A DNA stretch of 59,335 nt. Origin: an uncultured Ruminococcus sp. Lineage in GTDB: Bacteria; Bacillota; Clostridia; Oscillospirales; Acutalibacteraceae. Shown in pieces: positions 12,557-21,799 of this stretch. Numbering within the stretch: position 1 is the stretch's first letter; each line of letters starts with the position of its first letter. The stretch is from NCBI GenBank assembly GCA_945607165.1, contig CALYYZ010000001.1:1-59335 (forward strand), written 5' to 3'. A model generated the notes under the pieces. The model saw only the letters and a list, made by a program, of their open reading frames with translations, was not told the DNA's origin and searched no databases. Position numbers and translations under genes: made by a program.

Positions 12557-12985
12557 ATGTCAACATATTTAGCTAAGAAAAGCGAAATTGAACGCAGCTG
12601 GTATGTGATTGATGCAGCCGGCAAGCCCCTCGGCAGAGTTGCAGCTCAGGCAGCAGTTCTTTTAAGAGGCAAGCACAAGGCTATTTTCACACCCAATGTA
12701 GACTGCGGTGACCATGTAATTATCATTAATTGTAAGGACGCTGTTCTCACAGGCAACAAGCTTGTTCAGAAGAAGTGGCAGCGCCACACAGGCTATATCG
12801 GCCATCTTAAGGAAACCCGTTATGACACTCTTATGGCAACAAAGCCCGAAAAGGCTATGGAGCTTGCTGTTAAGGGTATGCTTCCTAAGAATACACTCGG
12901 CAGAAACGCTCTTCTCAGATTAAGACTTTTTGCCGGCGCAGAACACAATCATCAGGCTCAGAAGCCCCAGATGATTGAAGAATAA
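12557..12985 (+). CDS. rplM: 50S ribosomal protein L13
   Basis: [34 protein letters not shown]. Confidence 0.98.
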   Translation: MSTYLAKKSEIERSWYVIDAAGKPLGRVAAQAAVLLRGKHKAIFTPNVDCGDHVIIINCKDAVLTGNKLVQKKWQRHTGYIGHLKETRYDTLMATKPEKAMELAVKGMLPKNTLGRNALLRLRLFAGAEHNHQAQKPQMIEE

Positions 12986-13002
12986 GAAGGAGGCAGAATA
13001 TA

Positions 13003-13404
13003 ATGTACGATAAGACACCTTATTTTTACGGCACAGGCAGAAGAAAAAGCTCAGTTGCAAGAGTAAGACTCTATCAGGGCACAGGCAAAATCACAATCAA
13101 TGACCGTGACATCGACGATTATTTCGGTCTTGAGACTCTCAAGCTCATCGTTAGACAGCCTCTCGCTCTTACAGAGACAGACGAAAAGTTCGATGTAGTA
13201 TGCAGAGTATCCGGCGGCGGTGTTACCGGCCAGGCTGGTGCTATCCGTCACGGCATTTCAAGAGCACTTCTTCAGTATGATACAGAGAATCTCCGTGGCA
13301 AGCTTAAGAAGGCAGGCTTCCTCACTCGTGACCCGAGAATGAAGGAGCGTAAGAAATACGGTCTTAAAGCAGCTCGTAGAGCACCTCAGTTCTCTAAGAG
13401 ATAA
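13003..13404 (+). CDS. rpsI: 30S ribosomal protein S9
   Basis: [24 protein letters not shown]-terminal RRAPQFSKR. Confidence 0.98.
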   Translation: MYDKTPYFYGTGRRKSSVARVRLYQGTGKITINDRDIDDYFGLETLKLIVRQPLALTETDEKFDVVCRVSGGGVTGQAGAIRHGISRALLQYDTENLRGKLKKAGFLTRDPRMKERKKYGLKAARRAPQFSKR

Positions 13405-13524
13405 TCTTTGTGCTTTCCAGCACGCTTCAAGGCTACTGTTTACAGGGTTTTTGGAGTATTCAGACGGTTTGAGATGTGCTTAAATGTGTTAGATAAGCAA
13501 CAAGCAAGTAACACATAAGTAACA
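13388..13524 (+). other. Left attachment site: core repeat, inner inverted motif and arm-type repeats
   Basis: Core 13388-13404; GTTTACAGGGTTTTT at 13438-13452; AAGYAACA x3 at 13495, 13506, 13517. Confidence 0.75.
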
Positions 13525-13599
13525 ACAGTTCTCAACCAAAATAAGCAATTAAAAGAGATGTTTTTCTAAGTTCAGAAAGACATCTCTTTCTTTTTTTGC

Positions 13600-14652
13600 T
13601 TATATTTTATTAATGGCATTGATAAGCACCTCAACGTCTAAATGTGTGTACACTCTTTCGGTCATCGTCATAGCGCCCGAGTGTCCAACAATCTTTTTAA
13701 TTGTGGTTTGGTCAACCTGTGCTTCCGCCAACATTGAAATACAGGTGTGTCGTGTGCAATGCGGCGTGTGATCCATATTCAAATTGACCATAAGCGGCGT
13801 AAAATAACTATCGTAGTAATTGCGGTAATCAAACTTGTTGCCGTTTTCGGTATGCAACAGATATTCGCTTTCGCTGTCGTTATACCAATTCGTGAAGAAA
13901 GGCAGCACCTTGTCGGCGATCGGTACTCGTCTGATACCGTTTTCTGTTTTGCTGAGCTTGATGTCAAAATACTGTTCGTTCAGGTTTACGTCCTCTCGTT
14001 TAAGATTCAGCATTTCGGAAATCCTTACTCCCGAGTAGATAAGCATAAGGACGATTTGATAATATTTGTCGTCCGACGCCTTCCATAAGCGGTCGATTTC
14101 TGCTTTGGTGAACTTCTCACGATCCCTTTTGTTCGGGTTGCGGTCTTTATGCTTTACAATGTCCACATATTCGGAGTAGTCCTTGTTGCACAGCTCGTTT
14201 TTCATAGCGTATTCATAGAGCTGATTCAAAAGAACTTTCAGCTTCCTTAGTGTGGGATAGTTCTTCCCACAGGTGTTCACGACATTTTGAAGCTCTGCAA
14301 GTTTGATTTCTTTGAACACCTTATCGTAAAGAGATGCGCAGGCTTTATATGAAGCCTTGTAGCCCTTTACATTGGATTCCGATACCGTCGGAAACTTTTC
14401 CGCAGACCAACGCTCATATACTTCCTTGAATGTAATCTTGGAAGCAGACACGTCAAAGGGATTGTTGTTGTAGTCAGCAAGCATTTGTAAAGCCTCCGAT
14501 TTGGTGGCTGTATAGCCTATGACCACATAGTCCTGAACCTTTTTGTCAGTCTTTTCATCAATGTGCCAGCCGATAGTTTTTCTGACCATATAGGGTTTTC
14601 TACGCCTACCCGATAGCTTTGTGACGCCGCCGTAACCGTTTGGCAACCTCAC
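13600..14652 (-). CDS. Tyrosine recombinase/integrase
   Basis: MRLPNGYG N-terminus; catalytic R (SGVRISE), K (SKT), HxxR (HCTRH), H (VGH), Y (VYTH). Confidence 0.95.
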   Translation of the reverse strand: MRLPNGYGGVTKLSGRRRKPYMVRKTIGWHIDEKTDKKVQDYVVIGYTATKSEALQMLADYNNNPFDVSASKITFKEVYERWSAEKFPTVSESNVKGYKASYKACASLYDKVFKEIKLAELQNVVNTCGKNYPTLRKLKVLLNQLYEYAMKNELCNKDYSEYVDIVKHKDRNPNKRDREKFTKAEIDRLWKASDDKYYQIVLMLIYSGVRISEMLNLKREDVNLNEQYFDIKLSKTENGIRRVPIADKVLPFFTNWYNDSESEYLLHTENGNKFDYRNYYDSYFTPLMVNLNMDHTPHCTRHTCISMLAEAQVDQTTIKKIVGHSGAMTMTERVYTHLDVEVLINAINKI

Positions 14653-14700
14653 TCTCCAAAACCTCCTTGTTTTAGTTTTAGTTATATTTATGATAAGAGC

Positions 14701-15309
14701 TTATTGCTCCGTATCACCTTTGTTTGCTTGTTCTTGGAACTTCTTTGTGTAGTATTCATTGAATCTTCTCAAGCGTTCCTCGTTGTCTAATATTTCATAT
14801 TCTTTGTCTGTCAAGAAATACTCGCTTCGGGATTTGATTTCTTTTTCTTCCCAATCCCGGAACATATCATAGTCGATTTTGTAGGTTTCAAAACTCTCAC
14901 GATTAAAATCGAAATCCTTTAACATCGTGTAAAGAGTGCTATTTCCTTCTGCTTCGTGTACATCGAAAACAAGTGAAACCTTTCTGACTTCTTCGGGACC
15001 TTTTGTTATCTTGATCTCAAAGCGGACATCTTGTTTTCTGTCCAGTTCAAAGAGATATGCGTATACATCGCCCATTGTTTCCAATTTAATATGCGATGAA
15101 TCATAGCCCATCAAGTAATTGATGGGCATTTTTAATATGTTCGCTATCTGTTCCAACACAGATACGGACATATCTATTTCTCCGCTTTCGTACTTCTGCA
15201 CAGTGCGAAGTGATTTCCCTAATTGTTCCGCAAGTTCGGTCTGACTAATCCGAAGTTGCTTGCGCTGTTTGGCAATTCTTTCGCCAATTAAGGTTTGCAA
15301 ATTATCCAT
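14701..15309 (-). CDS. XRE-family HTH repressor
   Basis: IGERIAKQRKQLRISQTELAEQLGKSLRTVQKYESG. Confidence 0.9.
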   Translation of the reverse strand: MDNLQTLIGERIAKQRKQLRISQTELAEQLGKSLRTVQKYESGEIDMSVSVLEQIANILKMPINYLMGYDSSHIKLETMGDVYAYLFELDRKQDVRFEIKITKGPEEVRKVSLVFDVHEAEGNSTLYTMLKDFDFNRESFETYKIDYDMFRDWEEKEIKSRSEYFLTDKEYEILDNEERLRRFNEYYTKKFQEQANKGDTEQ

Positions 15310-15329
15310 TTCGTCATCACCTCATTATA

Positions 15330-15430
15330 ATAATAGCACACTTGTTTGTGAATTGCAAGTACATTTACGAAATTAAAATACATATTTTTTGAGTTTAAGC
15401 ATTGACAAGTCATATAAATACGTATATAAT
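15330..15430. promoter_or_regulatory. Divergent promoters of the element's control region
   Basis: Plus TTGACA(15402)-17 nt-TATAAT(15425); minus TTGCAA(15358)-17 nt-TATTAT; repeated AAATAC(A/G) motifs as possible operators. Confidence 0.7.
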
Positions 15431-15477
15431 GAATATGCGAACTTAAAATACGCAAATAAAAAACAGGAGGATATGCT

Positions 15478-15714
15478 ATGAAGAATAAGCTATATATAGA
15501 TTGTCCGAAATTCACAGGAAGGAATGTTCCTATTACCGAGATCGCAAAAGCTATCGGCAAGGACGCTCAATATGTCCGTGTTGGATTGCAACAGGGTATC
15601 CTAAAATTCGGCTACGCTATGAAGCTTGATAAATCAAGCGAATATAACTATTACTGTCCCGACAAAAAAGTCTGGGAAGAAACCGGCTACTTTAGAGATA
15701 AAGAAGCTAGCTAA
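15478..15714 (+). CDS. Small DNA-binding protein, putative excisionase
   Basis: 78 aa, HTH-like ITEIAKAIGKDAQYVRVGLQQG; divergent from the repressor; RBS aggagg. Confidence 0.7.
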   Translation: MKNKLYIDCPKFTGRNVPITEIAKAIGKDAQYVRVGLQQGILKFGYAMKLDKSSEYNYYCPDKKVWEETGYFRDKEAS

Positions 15715-15730
15715 AAGGAGGAATGAAACA

Positions 15731-16819
15731 ATGGAAGAAAAATACGACCTCTTTGATATAGATGAATCGTATTTACACGCGGTCTCAATGACCGAGCTGT
15801 TTGACAGCACCTACAAAAGCAAGCCTCCGATCATCGACGGCTTGCTCTACCGGGGCACATATCTGTTTGTCGGCTCGCCGAAAATAGGCAAGAGCTTTCT
15901 GATGGCACAGCTTGCCTATCACGTCAGCACAGGCACAAAGCTATGGGGCTTTGATGTGCGGCAGGGCAAGGTGCTGTATCTCGCCTTAGAGGACGACTAT
16001 CCGAGATTACAGAAGCGGCTGTACCGTATGTTCGGAACAGCTGAGAACGAAAAACTATTCTTTTCGGTTACGGCACATCGGCTTGGGAGCGGCTTGGACG
16101 AACAGATTGACGGTTTCTTACAGAAGCACCCTGATACTTCGCTGGTGATTATTGACACCTTGCAGAAGGTCAGAGAGGTCGGCGGTGAGAATTACAGCTA
16201 CGCCAACGATTACCAGATCATAACGAAGCTAAAGGGCTTCACGGACAGGCACAACATCTGTATGCTGATTGTCCACCACACACGCAAGCAAACGGCTGAC
16301 GATAAATTCGATATGATTTCCGGCACCAATGGCTTGCTCGGCGCTGCTGACGGAGGATTTGTTCTTTCTAAAGATAAGCGCACGAGCAATAACGCCACGC
16401 TTGAGGTATCAGGCAGAGATCAGCAAGACCAGCGTGTATACTTGAAGAAGAACACGGAAACGCTGGTGTGGGAGTTTGACAAAATTGAAACCGAGCTTTG
16501 GAAAGCACCGCCAGAGCCGTTGCTTGACAGGATTGCCGAAAGGGTAACCACCGACGATCCGCAATGGTGCGGAACGCCGACGGAGCTTTGCGAGTATCTC
16601 GCCGTTGACATCAAGCCAAACGCTATCACGCAAAAGCTGAATGTCAACGTCAATCGTTTGATGGACGAACACAAGGTCGCCTACCACTACAAGCGCACTC
16701 ACGAAGGGCGCAGAATCACGCTGACCTATGAGGGCGGCGTGTCAAAGCGTGACAGCTGTGACAGCGATTGTGGGGTGTGTGAAACACCGACACAGCTGAC
16801 ACGGACTGACACGCAATAG
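15731..16819 (+). CDS. AAA_25/RepA-like helicase-type replication protein
   Basis: GSPKIGKS Walker A, VLYLALED, LVIIDTLQ, IVHHTRK; start moved to ATG 15731 after aaggagg. Confidence 0.85.
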   Translation: MEEKYDLFDIDESYLHAVSMTELFDSTYKSKPPIIDGLLYRGTYLFVGSPKIGKSFLMAQLAYHVSTGTKLWGFDVRQGKVLYLALEDDYPRLQKRLYRMFGTAENEKLFFSVTAHRLGSGLDEQIDGFLQKHPDTSLVIIDTLQKVREVGGENYSYANDYQIITKLKGFTDRHNICMLIVHHTRKQTADDKFDMISGTNGLLGAADGGFVLSKDKRTSNNATLEVSGRDQQDQRVYLKKNTETLVWEFDKIETELWKAPPEPLLDRIAERVTTDDPQWCGTPTELCEYLAVDIKPNAITQKLNVNVNRLMDEHKVAYHYKRTHEGRRITLTYEGGVSKRDSCDSDCGVCETPTQLTRTDTQ

Positions 16820-16825
16820 AGTTTA

Positions 16826-16955
16826 GGCGGGGTGCAGGGAGCCCTTTTCAAAGGGCTGCCCTTGCCCCTCGGAGAGCGCAAGACCTGCTTGCAGGTCGCA
16901 TTTTTGATAGCCCTGCTGTCAAAAGTGCTTTTGCGTTACTCTTGGCAAGAGTAAC
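16826..16955. other. Putative oriT/RSA-like hairpin cluster upstream of the relaxase
   Basis: Nested IRs agcccttt/aaagggct, gacctgc/gcaggtc and perfect GTTACTCTTG-g-CAAGAGTAAC (16935-16955), directly upstream of mobV. Confidence 0.55.
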
Positions 16956-17019
16956 AGAACCTGAGTTAGAGATAATTCAGTGAGATAACCATATTTAATA
17001 TACAGATTTGAGTAGATAA

Positions 17020-18174
17020 ATGAAGAGAACGATTAGCGCAATGGTGGGTAAAGGCTCTGTGACACACAACAGCCGCAGCTTCACAGCGGAGAACGTGGAC
17101 AGCGAACGCACCCACTTGAATATAGATTACTGTAACGAGCCTATCAAGAAAGTGTATCACGAACTGTTTGACGAAGCTCTGAAGCAGAACAACGATAAAC
17201 AGAAACGCAAGGACAGAAAGATATCCGATTATTATAAGCATATCGAGTCCGGAAAGCAGGAGAAGCTGTTCCACGAGATTATCTTCCAAATCGGCAACAA
17301 TGACGATATGTCTGCGACAGGAGAACACGCCGAGCTTGCGAGGGCAATCCTCGACGAATACTATCAGGGTTTCCAAGAGCGTAATCCCTACCTGAGAGTA
17401 TTCTCGGCTCATCTTCATATGGACGAAGCGACGCCGCATATTCATATCGACTTTGTACCGTTCACAACCGGGAGCAAGCGAGGTTTGGAAACGAGGGTTT
17501 CTCTAAAACAGGCTATGCTAAATATGGGCTTCAAAGGTCAGGGTAAGAGCGACAATGAGCTGAATCGCTGGATACTTTCCGAAAAGAAAGTTCTTGCTCA
17601 AATTATGGAGCGGCACGGTATCGAGTGGGAACAGAAGGGTACTCACGAGCAGCACCTGTCCGTCCTTGATTACAAAAAGCAAGAGCGAGCCAAAGAGGTC
17701 GCCGAACTCGACAGGGAAATCGAGGAAAAGCAGCTTGAGGTCAAAGGGCTGAAAGCGACGGTTGAGAAAATCGAAGAAGCGCAGGAGCTTCTCGGCGACG
17801 TTGAAAAACGGCTTGACGAAGATCCTCAGTTGCAACTCCCGGAGCCGCAGGGTCTGATGACAGCAAAAAGCTACAAGAAAAAGTTTGTAGATCCGCTGAT
17901 AAATCGGCTGAAAAACCTTGTCCGAACAGTCCTCGCCAGAAGCTATCAGGGCTGGGAGAACTACTACCGTATCAATAATCTGAACGGCAGATTATACAGC
18001 GAAAACAAAAGTCTGAAACACGAGAATTCAAGGTTGAAGGAATTGAATAATCAACTCCGTGAACAAAATAAAGCCTACCGCTTGTTGGAAAAGGTTTTCG
18101 GAAAGCACAAGCTCAATGAGGTTATCGAGCAGGCGAGAGGATACAAAAAGTCAAAACAGCGTGACGCACGCTGA
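17020..18174 (+). CDS. MobV/Pre (Mob_Pre) relaxase
   Basis: HNSR motif I, HLHMDEATPHIH HUH motif, coiled-coil C-terminus. Confidence 0.92.
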   Translation: MKRTISAMVGKGSVTHNSRSFTAENVDSERTHLNIDYCNEPIKKVYHELFDEALKQNNDKQKRKDRKISDYYKHIESGKQEKLFHEIIFQIGNNDDMSATGEHAELARAILDEYYQGFQERNPYLRVFSAHLHMDEATPHIHIDFVPFTTGSKRGLETRVSLKQAMLNMGFKGQGKSDNELNRWILSEKKVLAQIMERHGIEWEQKGTHEQHLSVLDYKKQERAKEVAELDREIEEKQLEVKGLKATVEKIEEAQELLGDVEKRLDEDPQLQLPEPQGLMTAKSYKKKFVDPLINRLKNLVRTVLARSYQGWENYYRINNLNGRLYSENKSLKHENSRLKELNNQLREQNKAYRLLEKVFGKHKLNEVIEQARGYKKSKQRDAR

Positions 18175-18197
18175 ATATAATTAAGGAGGAATTACAA

Positions 18198-18575
18198 ATG
18201 AAACAACACATCACAGACGAAAGAACAGGTATCAGCTACACCTTGCAGGGAGATTATTACCTGCCGGATTTGAAGCTACCTGAACAGCCAAAGGTAGAAA
18301 TCGGGATATGGGGCAAACGGCATTTGCGGTACATCAAGCAGCACCACAAAATCCGCTATACCAATCTGCTGACAAGCTGCAAGCTCACCGCCTACCTTGC
18401 CGATATTGATGAGCAGGCGGAGGATATGTTCTTTCGGTTAGTAAAACAACTCTCCGAAAAGGAAGGCGTAACCGAACAACTTAAAGCAGACGATCAAATG
18501 CTGTGGGTACGGAAAATGAACAACATTAGGAATATAGCGAGAAATGTGGTGAATAATGAAATAATATTAACTTAA
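18198..18575 (+). CDS. tnpV: TnpV family protein
   Basis: GISYTLQGDYYLPDL, IGIWGKRH, GVTEQLKA.DQM.WV..MNNIR. Confidence 0.9.
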   Translation: MKQHITDERTGISYTLQGDYYLPDLKLPEQPKVEIGIWGKRHLRYIKQHHKIRYTNLLTSCKLTAYLADIDEQAEDMFFRLVKQLSEKEGVTEQLKADDQMLWVRKMNNIRNIARNVVNNEIILT

Positions 18576-18730
18576 AAATCTACCCATGCATATCTTTTTT
18601 GATATGCATGGGCAATTCGTTTTTGTATGTAAAATTGGGTTTGAGGAGCATAAATGTCGTTAGTTTTAATAAATATCAACCAGTTTACACTTATTTCTAC
18701 AGATATTTTAAAAAAATAGTAGAATTAAAT

Positions 18731-18768
18731 CCAAAACCATTGACTTTTGGTTTTAATATGTATATAAT
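18731..18768 (+). promoter_or_regulatory. fic promoter with an inverted repeat around the -35
   Basis: TTGACT(18740)-17 nt-TATAAT(18763); CCAAAA (18731-18736) / TTTTGG (18745-18750) flank the -35. Confidence 0.7.
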
Positions 18769-18790
18769 AGTTGTTGAAAGAGGGATGACT

Positions 18791-19876
18791 ATGAAAAGTG
18801 GTTATAAACCTCAATGGTTACCTGTTGATGCATCTATTATTGATCCATCGTACTTTTTTGACGAGCTAATAGATGCTAATGCAAAACTTGAGGTATATAA
18901 AGAAAAAATAAAGGACAGTAAACTAGATAGCTCGTGGTTTATGCCTACATTGCAGCAAAAAGAAGCACTTGCTTCATCTGCGTTGGAAGGGACTCAAGCA
19001 ACTCTTGACGGAGTGCTTGTTAATGAAGTCGTTCCTAATGAAAAGGACAAAAACCTAAACGAAGTTAAAAATTACTATTCAGCTACGGTAAGTGGTTATG
19101 AATACTTGCAAAAACGAGATTTTACTGATGAGTTTTTCTTTAAAATGCACAGAAAACTTATGGATGGAAATGTTAGAAAACCCAAAATTGTGGGGGCATA
19201 TCGTACAGAACAAAATTTTATAGGACGAAACGATTCCACGCACGCTATAACATTTATTCCTCCGGATCCCAAAGATGTTAAACCACTAATGGATAATCTC
19301 ATAGATTATATGAATAATGCAAATGACAATCTTCGTCCGTTGGTTCAAACGGCAATAATTCATGCTCAGTTTGAAACTATACATCCGTTTATGGATGGTA
19401 ATGGTCGAGTGGGAAGATTGTTAATTCCGATGTATTTGTTTGCTAAAAAACAAATTGATCTACCCTGCTTTTTTATCAGCGAGGCGCTTGAAAGAGACAA
19501 GATTAGATATTACACGCTGCTGAACAACATTCGATATGAAAATGATTGGAATGAGTGGATTAAGTTTTTTCTTGAAACAGTTAAAAAACAATGTGATAAA
19601 TACATAGGAATTATTAGTGATATCAACACACTTTATGAAAAGCATTTGGAGATTGCTCGTGAATTAGCTAGGTCATCAAATATAGTAGATATTATAAATC
19701 TTCTGTATAAGCATCCAGTAACTACAGCTAAGCAGATATCTGAGGAAACAGATATTCCTCTTACGAGCATTAACCGTTATTTAAATTTACTTGTTGAACA
19801 CAAAATACTGTTTACAGATAGAAAGAGCAGAAACCGAAATTATTTCTATTTCGCTTTGCTTGATATTCTTAAATAA
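18791..19876 (+). CDS. Fic family protein (class II, N-terminal autoinhibitory helix, C-terminal HTH)
   Basis: HPFMDGNGRVGR Fic motif; SSALEG inhibitory motif; start at ATG after gaaagaggg. Confidence 0.92.
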   Translation: MKSGYKPQWLPVDASIIDPSYFFDELIDANAKLEVYKEKIKDSKLDSSWFMPTLQQKEALASSALEGTQATLDGVLVNEVVPNEKDKNLNEVKNYYSATVSGYEYLQKRDFTDEFFFKMHRKLMDGNVRKPKIVGAYRTEQNFIGRNDSTHAITFIPPDPKDVKPLMDNLIDYMNNANDNLRPLVQTAIIHAQFETIHPFMDGNGRVGRLLIPMYLFAKKQIDLPCFFISEALERDKIRYYTLLNNIRYENDWNEWIKFFLETVKKQCDKYIGIISDINTLYEKHLEIARELARSSNIVDIINLLYKHPVTTAKQISEETDIPLTSINRYLNLLVEHKILFTDRKSRNRNYFYFALLDILK

Positions 19877-19894
19877 AACAACACATACAATACG

Positions 19895-19973
19895 AAAAAG
19901 AAAAGACATCGAGTTGCCGCTCGATGCCTGTGGGGTGACAGAAGCACGGAATGTTGTACTTTGCCTTAATCAC
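19895..19973 (-). ncRNA. Putative ~80-nt small RNA convergent with fic
   Basis: Minus-strand TTGCAA(20008-20003)-17 nt-TACAAT(19985-19980) with extended TG; terminator GGCATCGAG-cggcaa-CTCGATGTC-TTTTCTTTTT; no credible ORF. Confidence 0.6.
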
Positions 19974-20101
19974 AGACTCATTGTACCACACTTTGTTTCC
20001 GATTGCAATATGAAATCTGTACCTAGAAAGGTGAAAAAACACAGGCTTTTTCTAAAAATGTGATAATCATATATTATTATTTTTAGAAAGGAGTAATACA
20101 G

Positions 20102-20209
20102 ATGAAAATTAAGTATTCGTACTATATTTGTAAATGTGGTAAAAAAATTATACCGTTTTCCAATCCGTGTAAATGTCCGCACTGTGGACGAGTAACAATT
20201 TTAAAGTGA
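20102..20209 (+). CDS. 35-aa Cys-rich Zn-ribbon peptide (not in ORF track)
   Basis: MKIKYSYYICKCGKKIIPFSNPCKCPHCGRVTILK; RBS gaaaggag; stop overlaps the RBS of the next gene. Confidence 0.6.
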   Translation: MKIKYSYYICKCGKKIIPFSNPCKCPHCGRVTILK

Positions 20210-20219
20210 GGTATTAACA

Positions 20220-20444
20220 ATGAGTAAAAATCAACACGTTACACCACATCCGCTTGGTGGATGGCAGGTTAAAGGCGATAATAATAGCAGAGCTACAGCA
20301 AGAACAAGAACCCAGGGCGAAGCTATAAAGATTGCACGAGATATTGCTATTAACAATCGTTCGGAAGTTGTAATTCATAGAACTGACGGAAGGATTAGAG
20401 ATAAAAACTCCTACGGCAACGACCCTTTCCCACCAAAAGGTTAA
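20220..20444 (+). CDS. DUF2188 family protein
   Basis: QHVTPH..GGWQVKG...TQ.EAI..AR...SEVVIH..DGRIR..NSYGNDP.PPKG. Confidence 0.88.
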   Translation: MSKNQHVTPHPLGGWQVKGDNNSRATARTRTQGEAIKIARDIAINNRSEVVIHRTDGRIRDKNSYGNDPFPPKG

Positions 20445-20456
20445 TGTAACTTTCAA

Positions 20457-20490
20457 ACTCCCTGCTTGCATAGAAAGGCAAGTAGGGAGT
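20457..20490 (+). terminator. Hairpin after DUF2188
   Basis: actccctgcttgc...gcaagtagggagt. Confidence 0.55.
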
Positions 20491-20749
20491 TATGTTCATA
20501 GACAGGGTAACTAAATCTGCAAATGATAAATTATTAGCATGTTATAGACCAATTTTAAAGGTGTAACAGAATTTTAATTTGACTAATTATAGCGTAAATT
20601 ATATAATTAATATGAGAATTTATATGTAAATAAGGGTGAAACGCTAATTTTTTATTTTGTATCTTAGCAAAGTACGTTTTATGGAACTTTGCTTTTGATA
20701 TAATGTTATTATCAGTTAGTGCAACATCTATTTTTGATAATATGTTTGG

Positions 20750-21799
20750 GTGAGAAAAATGTCAGTTAAAGTTAAGTCAAGTGAATATAAGACTTCTTTG
20801 ATAAATAACAGAAGATATTTAGGAAATAAATATAAGCTTCTGCCATTTATTACGAGAGTAGTTACTGACGAATGTGCAGATATCGATTCAATAGCTGATA
20901 TTTTTGCGGGTACCGGTGCAGTATCATCTGCATTTACCGATAAGACGATTATTACCAATGATTTAATGTATAGTAACTATATTTGTAATTACGCTTGGTT
21001 CGGAGCAGAGGAATACGATCCTCAAATCATTATTGATTGCGTCGTAAGATATAACTTACTCGCTGATTTAGATGATAATTATATGACAGAAAACTTCTCT
21101 GATACATATTTCAGCAGAGATGACTGCGCTAAAATAGGTTATATCAGAGAAGATATTGAAACCTTATATAAAAATGGTGATATTAATACCAGAGAACGAG
21201 CAATTCTGATTACTTCTTTGTTATATGCTATGGATAAAATAGCTAACACCTGCGGTCACTATGATGCATACCGAAAAGGTGTTGAGTTTGAAAAATCGCT
21301 TGAATTGTTTGTTCCGTTAGCAGAGGTTAATAATAACATTGAAAATAAATGTTTTAATATGGATGCTAATGACTTAGTTAAGAATATTTCCGCAGATTTA
21401 TTCTATATTGATCCGCCTTATAATTCAAGACAATATTGCGATGCATATCATCTTTTGGAGAATGTTGCACGCTGGGAAAAGCCCGAAGTGTTTGGTGTAG
21501 CGAGAAAAATGGACAGAAGCTCAATGAAAAGCAAATACTGCACACAATCAGCAACTGAAGCTTTTGAACAACTTGTTTCGGATATAAAAACTAAATACAT
21601 TCTTCTTTCCTATAACAATATGGCGGAAAAAGGTAATGATAGGTCAAATGCAAAAATCGCTGATGAGGATATTTTAAGAGTTCTGCGAGCAAAGGGTAGT
21701 GTGAAAGTTTTTTCCGAAAGCTATAAAGCTTTTACTACAGGAAAATCAGATATTGAAGATAACGAAGAAAGATTGTTCTTATGCAAGTGTTTCGATTAA
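20750..21799 (+). CDS. N6-adenine DNA methyltransferase 1 (D12 class) of a type IIS R-M system
   Basis: RRYLGNKYKL, DIFAGTGAV (motif I), YIDPPYN (motif IV). Confidence 0.92.
   Translation: MRKMSVKVKSSEYKTSLINNRRYLGNKYKLLPFITRVVTDECADIDSIADIFAGTGAVSSAFTDKTIITNDLMYSNYICNYAWFGAEEYDPQIIIDCVVRYNLLADLDDNYMTENFSDTYFSRDDCAKIGYIREDIETLYKNGDINTRERAILITSLLYAMDKIANTCGHYDAYRKGVEFEKSLELFVPLAEVNNNIENKCFNMDANDLVKNISADLFYIDPPYNSRQYCDAYHLLENVARWEKPEVFGVARKMDRSSMKSKYCTQSATEAFEQLVSDIKTKYILLSYNNMAEKGNDRSNAKIADEDILRVLRAKGSVKVFSESYKAFTTGKSDIEDNEERLFLCKCFD

Noticed and set aside
15626-15730. Longer ORF-track starts for the AAA_25 gene (also Fic 18599, STAND 24712, parB 36356, pncB 51534)
   Set aside because: Downstream ATGs have better Shine-Dalgarno sequences and avoid overlaps with upstream genes or promoters.
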